From Candidatus Thorarchaeota archaeon (GTDB lineage: Archaea; Asgardarchaeota; Thorarchaeia; Thorarchaeales; Thorarchaeaceae), in NCBI GenBank assembly GCA_029858305.1, contig JAOUFI010000019.1, positions 1 to 36,057 of the forward strand: 36,057 nt of DNA, written 5' to 3'. The notes under the pieces are model-generated. The model searched no databases. It saw only the letters and a program-made list of their open reading frames with translations, and was not told the DNA's origin. How positions within the stretch are numbered: position 1 is the stretch's first letter; every line of letters begins with the position of its first letter. The translations under genes and the position numbers were made by a program. Shown here piece by piece: positions 19,709-26,639 of the stretch.

Positions 19709-21850
19709 TCATAACGAATATCGGTGCCTGTCAAGGAACTCCTGCTTCTTTGCAGGATTATATGACGAGAGCGCTTGCAAATAGCCTGTTATTCTGCTGA
19801 ACACCTCGACTCCCACAAATCCGCACTTCGGACAGGGGATTTTTGAGAGGTCATCAATAGACGCAAACCTTGCACTCCGCCAATCAATACCACTCTGATA
19901 GTTGCAGTTCGGGCACTGTAAAACATCCTTTGTGAAGCTCCAATATGAGTTCAGAGTCTCTGTAGCAATCTTCTTTGTCAGCTCCCAAAGCGCATCAGGA
20001 TCTGGATTTGATTCACCAAGGTAGACATGAGTGAGAGCACCTCCATCCATGTACGGATGGAACATCCCTTCCTTCTTGATCCGTTGTGTCAGAGGAAGTT
20101 TCGCACCTACGTAGAGGGTCGTGCTGTTGGTATAGTAGACATTGGAACCATCACCCTTGAGATATTTCCTGATTCCAGGATACGCCTTGTAGTCCTTCAC
20201 CGCAAGACGACCTGCTGCGCTCTCAGCTGGAGTACGAGTGACACCAAAGTGGAGACCGGTCTCTTTCTGGAACTCTGCGGCTTTCGCTTTCAGGTGCTTG
20301 AGGACTTTGATTCCGAAACGTGTTCCCTCTGGTTCATGTAGATGGTGGCCAGTTATAACTTCAGCCATCTCGTCAAAACCAACCGTGCCCAACAGGAACT
20401 CACGTCGATTCATATCGATGAGAGGCTCACCATTTGGCTTGGGCTGTGTATAGAAAGGAACACTCCCGCTAGCAATCAGCTTGTCCATCAGCCGCTTCTT
20501 CTCAAGGATGACTTGTTTTGATAGTTCGACGTACTCGTCTATCTTCTCAAAGAAATGTTCCTCATCAGCTCTGCCTAGCCACGCGGCACGACCGAAGTTT
20601 GGTGTGACCATCTGCGAGGCTCCAAAGACCATATTTCCACTCAGGAACTCATCAAGTTCCTCATCACTACTCGCAGTCCAGAGATGTGAACAACAACTAC
20701 TGCAACCAGCCTCTATCTTTGATCGCCAGTTCAAGTAGTTCTCGAAATAGGGAGAACCATGTTTTACAGTGAGCTCAGCGACAAGCCGCCATGACTCATC
20801 ATACTCAGGTCCCATGAACTCTTTCCGAAGCACGATGTTGGGCTTTGGAAAACCGAAGCCCTTGCCCTTCGCATCACCCTTAATCATGACTTCCATGAAG
20901 GCATTGAAGAACAACCGCGCTTCTTCCTCATAGTCGCCATATGTGACCTCGGAAACCTTACCGCCAGGAAGTATTGCTGGAATATTACGCATAATCTTAG
21001 GAATACCGGGAGTAAGGTCAACACTACTGAATATCACCTGACCACCGCGCGCTACATACTGTTGGGTCAAAGTGAAGATCAACTGCTGCGCAGCTTGTTT
21101 GATCTTATTGTATGGCAGCCCTTTCATGAAGGGAGCTAAGAATGTATTGAAGTAGAAATATCCCTGACCGCCTGCAAAGGAGCTCTGAGCAGCAGCCAGC
21201 CAGATAGCGGCATGGTTTACTGCAACAGAGAGGTGTTGTGCAGGACCTGCGGCACTTGAGTGCATGCCACCAAGCCCATCAGGTGCAATACCTAGCGTAA
21301 GGACCTGTCGCATATCCCATGTGGCACAATAATCACGCGTTGAAAAATACTCTCTATCTTTGATGTAGATATCGCCTTTCAAATGAGCATCTGCTAGATG
21401 AGATGGTATTGAGAGGTAGGTATGTTGTTCCATCACCTGGTCGTGAACAAGTTTTGCAATCGTCTCAGGATTTCGCATGAGATTCGCATTGGATGTATGA
21501 GCACCGGGGTTATTAATGAGCAGACCGAGGTCGTACATAGGAATTCCAACACGAGTATAGAGGATACGTTCTTTCTCAAATCCCAGCTCAGCAAGGACAC
21601 TGTTGCACATCTCTCGAATTAGAGGACCGGATAGGAATTTGATACCAGAGGCAACAAGTCTATCCATGACCTTGACTGCCACAAGATGAGCATCAGCATG
21701 CGCGAGGTTAGCTTCCAATACAAGACTTTCAATGATTTTACTAGCATCGAAGGTCTCCATAGTACTGCTGGTGGTTCTGACCTTTGGCATCTTTTTCTCT
21801 CTGATGCGAAGGTCATCTGCATCTGAAATAGTGCTTCGAATGTCAGTCAC
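19709..21850 (-). CDS. nrdD: Class III (anaerobic) ribonucleotide reductase with N-terminal ATP cone
   Basis: ATP cone (FDASKII...IREMCNSVL), AHLKGDIYIKD, GGQ, FPKP, SCC finger loop, TPAES, YYTNS, CPNC/CPKC Zn site and glycyl-radical motif SRITGY. Confidence 0.95.
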   Translation of the reverse strand: MTDIRSTISDADDLRIREKKMPKVRTTSSTMETFDASKIIESLVLEANLAHADAHLVAVKVMDRLVASGIKFLSGPLIREMCNSVLAELGFEKERILYTRVGIPMYDLGLLINNPGAHTSNANLMRNPETIAKLVHDQVMEQHTYLSIPSHLADAHLKGDIYIKDREYFSTRDYCATWDMRQVLTLGIAPDGLGGMHSSAAGPAQHLSVAVNHAAIWLAAAQSSFAGGQGYFYFNTFLAPFMKGLPYNKIKQAAQQLIFTLTQQYVARGGQVIFSSVDLTPGIPKIMRNIPAILPGGKVSEVTYGDYEEEARLFFNAFMEVMIKGDAKGKGFGFPKPNIVLRKEFMGPEYDESWRLVAELTVKHGSPYFENYLNWRSKIEAGCSSCCSHLWTASSDEELDEFLSGNMVFGASQMVTPNFGRAAWLGRADEEHFFEKIDEYVELSKQVILEKKRLMDKLIASGSVPFYTQPKPNGEPLIDMNRREFLLGTVGFDEMAEVITGHHLHEPEGTRFGIKVLKHLKAKAAEFQKETGLHFGVTRTPAESAAGRLAVKDYKAYPGIRKYLKGDGSNVYYTNSTTLYVGAKLPLTQRIKKEGMFHPYMDGGALTHVYLGESNPDPDALWELTKKIATETLNSYWSFTKDVLQCPNCNYQSGIDWRSARFASIDDLSKIPCPKCGFVGVEVFSRITGYLQALSSYNPAKKQEFLDRHRYSL

Positions 21851-22155
21851 CGGAACTCACGTACCTCCCTTCTGATGGTTTCAATGTCAGGTATCTGACC
21901 ACTATAGAGCATCTTCATGTTGCCATTATTCTCAACAATAATCGATGGGGTGCTAGCTATGAAGATCTGATGTTCTAATAGAATGTACTCAAAATCCGAG
22001 TCCATTTCTCTTAGGTCTACTGTCTTAATCAAAACATCAGAATCGCAAAAAGCCTCGTTAATCACTGCTTTTGCCGCAGGACAATTGACACATCCGTCCT
22101 GAGTGAATAGATATAGAGTCGGCTTCGTAGCTAATCCTCCCGGCTGATGAATCAT
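21847..22155 (-). CDS. NrdH/thioredoxin-like redoxin coupled to nrdD
   Basis: LYLFTQDGCVNCP and STPSII; stop overlaps the nrdD start (GTGA 21850-21847); GGGAGGGAG precedes ATG 22155. Confidence 0.8.
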   Translation of the reverse strand: MIHQPGGLATKPTLYLFTQDGCVNCPAAKAVINEAFCDSDVLIKTVDLREMDSDFEYILLEHQIFIASTPSIIVENNGNMKMLYSGQIPDIETIRREVREFR

Positions 22156-22156
22156 A

Positions 22157-22270
22157 AACTCCCTCCCGGCATGAAGGGGCAAACTACTCTTAGTCCTATG
22201 AGAAATAAAAGCATTGTCACGGTCGGAATCGGCTTCTCGTCTAGCTCTAAGCCTTCGGAGAGAGGGAGTC
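22157..22270 (-). promoter_or_regulatory. Candidate structured 5' leader of the redoxin-nrdD operon
   Basis: Nested complementary segments, with GACUCCCUCUC pairing with the SD-containing GGGAGGGAGUU; TATA-like TTAATA about 40 nt upstream. Confidence 0.45.
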
Positions 22271-22552
22271 GTTCGCACATTATCCTAAGATTTCATTCCC
22301 TTGAGTACCTATTAAGGTCCTAGAGAACTAGAGTATGTTAGCACCGTTTAGAAGCATAGTTTTACTGTTCAAGGTCCTTCCAACTGAACAAGTATCTAGT
22401 AAAGGATACCAAAATATGATACAAATGAATATTCCATTTGGCGCGGAATATGAATGCTACTTGTGGGCTTGGAAGAGGGAGCGTCTTAAATGGAAAACCT
22501 AGAATAGGCATACCGCTTAGCATTCTTGTTGACTAGGCTCGGTGAAACTGAT

Positions 22553-23176
22553 ATGCCAATATACATCAAGGCTAAGACACCAGAGGACGGTTGGGTCCGA
22601 GTTGTCAGAAAAATTATGGATAGTGGAATGACACGGATCGATGAACGAGGTAGTCAGACACGATGGCATGATAATGTGATGATTCATATTAGCAATCCAT
22701 ATTCGAACAGAGTGAGTAAAAAATATCCATTCAGTGAAACTGTCCTCCGCGAGAAATATGCGACCCAGTTGCTCAATCCCAATCGTATGGATTTTGATTA
22801 TACCTATGGAGAGCGACTCAATGCATGGGGCGGTGAAACGATTAACCAAATTGAGTATGTCATTAACAAGTTGCGAGAGAATCGAAATTCAAGACGAGCA
22901 GTTGCTACTACATGGGACCCAAGAAAAGATACACGTGTTGATGAGGTTCCGTGTCTGAATCACTTTGTCTTCATGACGCGGCAGGATTTGATTGACTTGT
23001 CTGTAATGATTAGGTCGAATGATATGTACGGTGCATGGCCAGCCAATGTGTATGCACTTGGTGAACTACTGACATATGTAGCTGAGAAAACTAGCCTCAG
23101 CCCTGGCACTGTGACTACGCTCTCTGTGAATGCTCACATCTACAAGAATGATTGGAGCAAAGCAGAACTTATCTGA
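22553..23176 (+). CDS. thyA: Thymidylate synthase, short archaeal ThyA type
   Basis: DERG, FDYTYGERL, SRRA, VPCL (catalytic Cys), RSND and NAHIY; start taken at ATG 22553. Confidence 0.9.
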   Translation: MPIYIKAKTPEDGWVRVVRKIMDSGMTRIDERGSQTRWHDNVMIHISNPYSNRVSKKYPFSETVLREKYATQLLNPNRMDFDYTYGERLNAWGGETINQIEYVINKLRENRNSRRAVATTWDPRKDTRVDEVPCLNHFVFMTRQDLIDLSVMIRSNDMYGAWPANVYALGELLTYVAEKTSLSPGTVTTLSVNAHIYKNDWSKAELI

Positions 23177-23216
23177 TTTCTCCTTTCCGTGTCATTCATA
23201 TACTCCTTTAACTTGG

Positions 23217-23244
23217 GTAACCATAACGGTTACATAACGTAATC
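23217..23244. promoter_or_regulatory. Candidate operator: GTAACC-ATAAC-GGTTAC-ATAAC-GTAATC
   Basis: Perfect 6-bp inverted repeat plus a third half-site in 11-bp phase, between a TTTAA box (about 23207) and the Lrp gene. Confidence 0.6.
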
Positions 23245-23283
23245 AAGTATATGGGACCGGTTCCACAGGACGAGTGAAATAAA

Positions 23284-23901
23284 ATGGATGACCTTGACAA
23301 GAGATTAGTGTCAATCCTTCAGAAGAATGGACGAACGAGTCTCTCTGAGATTGGAGAGAGTCTCGGAATGTCACATGTAGCTGTAAGTAAACGACTTGAC
23401 AAGCTAATGAAGACAGACATGGTGAAGCTTACTGCAGGGATAAACTCTGAATACCTTGATACCAAAGTTCTGTTTATGGGCCTTGAAACCGAGAGCTTGG
23501 ATGTTGCAGAGAGAATCAAGCAGAAGTATGAGAAATGCCCAAGACTTGTGATGTTTGCTCCAGTCACAGGACGATACAATGTCTTTGCAGTAATGATTGC
23601 TGAGGATACTTGGAGTCTAGAATCAATCCTTGGCACATGTAGTATGAGAACCGAGCCCGGAGTTAGAAAATCTGAAAGTTGGTTTGGCAATGCTCCACTC
23701 ATGCCACAATATCTCACGATAGATATTAATCCAAAACAGACCGGTGATTCAGCTGGACCCTGCAAGATGGACTGCAAGGCCTGCAAGAGATACACCACCG
23801 AAAAGTGTGTAGGATGCCCAAGTACATCAGCGTACAAAGGCAAATTGTTTGCAGCACCTATTAAACAACAGAAGAGAAAACGTGAGAAGAGCAAGAGTTA
23901 A
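23284..23901 (+). CDS. Lrp/AsnC-family regulator with C-terminal Cys cluster
   Basis: MDDLDKRLVSILQKNGRTSLSEIG HTH, VTGRYN RAM domain and tail CKMDCKAC-x7-CVGCP. Confidence 0.85.
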   Translation: MDDLDKRLVSILQKNGRTSLSEIGESLGMSHVAVSKRLDKLMKTDMVKLTAGINSEYLDTKVLFMGLETESLDVAERIKQKYEKCPRLVMFAPVTGRYNVFAVMIAEDTWSLESILGTCSMRTEPGVRKSESWFGNAPLMPQYLTIDINPKQTGDSAGPCKMDCKACKRYTTEKCVGCPSTSAYKGKLFAAPIKQQKRKREKSKS

Positions 23902-23935
23902 CTCGACAGTAGGGCATCATAACATTGTGAACCAA

Positions 23936-24526
23936 ATGAATGCTGTCTTTATACACCCGTTGGCTGTTGTCGATGATGGAGCTGACATCGGAGAGGGTAC
24001 TCGAATCTGGCATTTTGCACATGTGAGAAGTACTGCTAAGATTGGAAAAGGCTGCAATATTGGGAAAGACGTCTACATTGATGGGGATGTAATCATTGGA
24101 AACAATGTGAAGATACAGAATGGCGTGTCAGTCTATCATGGTGTTATCATAGAGGATGACGTCTTTTGTGGACCACACATGACATTTACTAATGATATGT
24201 ATCCTCGCGCATTTGGCGACGGGTGGCAGGTTTTCAAGACGCTCGTGAAGAGAGGTGCATCAATTGGAGCACATGCAACAATAATCTGTGATACAACATT
24301 GGGAGAATATTGTATGGTGGGTAGTGGAGCTGTTGTTTCACACGATGTACCTGCTCATGGTCTTGTTGTGGGAAATCCTGCACGACTTGTTGGTTTTGTG
24401 TGCAAATGTGGCCAACCCTTGAAAGATGAGGTCTCGAGGGACAGCGATTCAATCAAATTGAGATGCTCCAAATGCAATGAAGTGACTATACTACCATTAA
24501 CAATGTATAACAAAAAGGTCAGGTAA
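23936..24526 (+). CDS. Hexapeptide-repeat (left-handed beta-helix) N-acetyltransferase, WbpD/WlbB-like, with C-terminal Zn ribbon
   Basis: IHPLAVVD, IWHF, KIQN, FTND.YPR, VVGNPAR and CKCG...CSKC; start ATG 23936. Confidence 0.88.
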   Translation: MNAVFIHPLAVVDDGADIGEGTRIWHFAHVRSTAKIGKGCNIGKDVYIDGDVIIGNNVKIQNGVSVYHGVIIEDDVFCGPHMTFTNDMYPRAFGDGWQVFKTLVKRGASIGAHATIICDTTLGEYCMVGSGAVVSHDVPAHGLVVGNPARLVGFVCKCGQPLKDEVSRDSDSIKLRCSKCNEVTILPLTMYNKKVR

Positions 24527-24533
24527 GACGACA

Positions 24534-26630
24534 TTGTCCCACCTCTATAAGAAGTTCGTTAAGGAACGAGTAGCAGCACTAGTAGCAGAAACAGAGCAGA
24601 TTAGAAACATCACTGTTATTGCTCATATTGATCACGGAAAGACCACGCTCACCGATTCTCTTATCGCAGATTCTGGATTACTCTCCAAGGAAGTTGCAGC
24701 ATCAGCAAGACTCCTTGATTACGACCAAATCGAGCAACAGAGAGGGATTACAATCAAGGCATCCGGAATCTCTCTCCTACATTCATTCAATGAGCGGGAG
24801 TATCTCATCAACCTAATTGATACACCAGGACACATTGATTTCTCAAGCCATGTAACACGAGGTCTCCGTTTAACGGATGGTGCCATTATAGTCGTTGATG
24901 CTATTGAAGGAATCATGGTCCAGACTGAAACTGTGACAAGGCAAGCAATGCAAGAGTTTGTGAAACCTGTATTGTTCATTAACAAAGTAGACAGGCTAAT
25001 GAGAGAAAGACGATTGAGCCCGAGAAAAACAGCCGAGGAAATCACACGCGTTGTCCGTGAATTCAATGCGATGTTGGGCAAGTATCTTGATGACGACCTC
25101 TTAGAAAAATGGGAGGTTTCCTTCAATAGAGGCTCATTGACCGTCGGTTCTGCATTGGACAAATGGGGAGTGGATATAGAAACTCTCAAGGCAAGAACAC
25201 ATGGTAGTGAAAAGAAAGTCGATCTTGGAAAAGCCTTCATAGAAATCCTCAAGGAAATTGATGAGATATATCGTGCAGAGAAACGCAAAGAGTTGATGGA
25301 TATCTTTCCAGTCGCACCAGTCGTTTTAAATTCTGTAATAAGAACTGTGCCAAATCCTTCCACCGCCCAGACGTATCGAGTACCGTTGTTCTGGAGAGGA
25401 GATTTGGAGTCAGAAACGGGTAGGTCTCTGCTCGAGTGCAATACAAAAGGAAGATGTGTCTGCCTTGTTGGTGATGTTCAACCAGATAGGCATGCAACTT
25501 CAGTTTCTGCAGTCAGAGTCTTTTCTGGTACACTTAGCAGAGCCGAACTATTGACTAATGTGAGAACAGGCAAACCAGCAAAGTCCCTTCAAATCGGACT
25601 CTTCATGTCCAAGACTCGAGTCGACCTTCCTACGATTCCTGCAGGGAATTTGGCCTTTATCACGGGATTAAAGGACATAGCCGTGGGGGACACATTGACT
25701 GGTGAAGGTAATGATCCTGTAGCACCTATGAGTGGACTTCAATATCCTATGGAGCCGGTTGTGACATATGCTGTCGAACCAAAGAAACTTTCAGAATTAA
25801 GTTCGATACAACAACCAATTGAAGAATACGTGAGATCAGACCCCGCATTGGAGTTTGAAGTCAACTCGGAAACTGGAGAGATGCTCCTCTCAGGTGCTGG
25901 AGAACTTCATGTCGAAATCACTATTGAGAAGATGGCGAGAACCGGCATCAATGTAACTCTAGGCACTCCAATGGTAATGCTCCGAGAGCAAATTACCAAG
26001 GATGGTGAAAGTCGAACCAGTGGAGGCCTAGATGTGAGTACATTTACTGTAATTGCCAAATTGCCTCAAACAGATACCTCCCCTGAGTCGTTGGGAGTAA
26101 TCGTTGATTCAGAGCCTAGTTCGAATTGCTGGCTTATCGACGCATCAGGGAAAATCAATCCATATGGTGAAGAAATTGAATGGGTGAAAGAAGGTTTCAG
26201 AACTCTAATTCGTAACGGTCCATTAAAAGGAGAGAAGATGCGAAAGCTATTGATTATCATCAAGAAGCTAGACTTAAAATTCACTGCACCAGAGGCTTCA
26301 TGGAGAGAAATTACTCAGCCTTTACTTCAAGCCTCAAGAGAGAGTGTGCTGAGTGGAAACCCGACCGTATTAGAACCATGGATTAGACTCGAGATCAGTG
26401 CACCTGAGGAGCATATTGGAAACCTTTCATCAATACTAGCTAAGAGAAAAGGTCACATTTTAGAAATCAATTCAGAGCGCACTCTTTACAGGATTGATGC
26501 AGAGATACCTGTAAGAGAATCGTTTGGTCTTGCTAATGAGATCCGTACATCGACTTCTGGGTGGGCAACATGGGGCGCTCGCTCTGGAGGTTTTAGAAGT
26601 TTAAAGAATCCAGATATTCGATACGACTAA
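24534..26630 (+). CDS. Divergent elongation factor 2 paralogue (aEF-2p-like)
   Basis: AHIDHGKTT, RGITI, DTPGH, NKVD, GSA, GELH and LEP..., ESFG...IR..TSG; no diphthamide HRG loop. Confidence 0.85.
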   Translation: MSHLYKKFVKERVAALVAETEQIRNITVIAHIDHGKTTLTDSLIADSGLLSKEVAASARLLDYDQIEQQRGITIKASGISLLHSFNEREYLINLIDTPGHIDFSSHVTRGLRLTDGAIIVVDAIEGIMVQTETVTRQAMQEFVKPVLFINKVDRLMRERRLSPRKTAEEITRVVREFNAMLGKYLDDDLLEKWEVSFNRGSLTVGSALDKWGVDIETLKARTHGSEKKVDLGKAFIEILKEIDEIYRAEKRKELMDIFPVAPVVLNSVIRTVPNPSTAQTYRVPLFWRGDLESETGRSLLECNTKGRCVCLVGDVQPDRHATSVSAVRVFSGTLSRAELLTNVRTGKPAKSLQIGLFMSKTRVDLPTIPAGNLAFITGLKDIAVGDTLTGEGNDPVAPMSGLQYPMEPVVTYAVEPKKLSELSSIQQPIEEYVRSDPALEFEVNSETGEMLLSGAGELHVEITIEKMARTGINVTLGTPMVMLREQITKDGESRTSGGLDVSTFTVIAKLPQTDTSPESLGVIVDSEPSSNCWLIDASGKINPYGEEIEWVKEGFRTLIRNGPLKGEKMRKLLIIIKKLDLKFTAPEASWREITQPLLQASRESVLSGNPTVLEPWIRLEISAPEEHIGNLSSILAKRKGHILEINSERTLYRIDAEIPVRESFGLANEIRTSTSGWATWGARSGGFRSLKNPDIRYD

Positions 26631-26639
26631 GCAGGTTCA

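Noticed and set aside
17234-19786. CRISPR or terminator explanation for the recurring GAACTCCTGCTT motif
   Set aside because: Copies are 1-1.5 kb apart, diverge mainly at synonymous sites, and one lies inside nrdD coding sequence.
22156-22278. 41-aa N-terminal extension of the redoxin in the ORF track
   Set aside because: Low-complexity Arg-rich reading; a strong SD precedes ATG 22155, so this is more likely 5' leader.
22157-22330. Cobalamin riboswitch upstream of nrdD
   Set aside because: An isolated GGGAA is present, but the B12 box and other consensus elements were not found.
24719-25441. Long antisense ORFs (also 23319-23894, 16194-16715, 34570-34983 and others)
   Set aside because: They shadow well-supported genes on the opposite strand and show no recognisable motifs.
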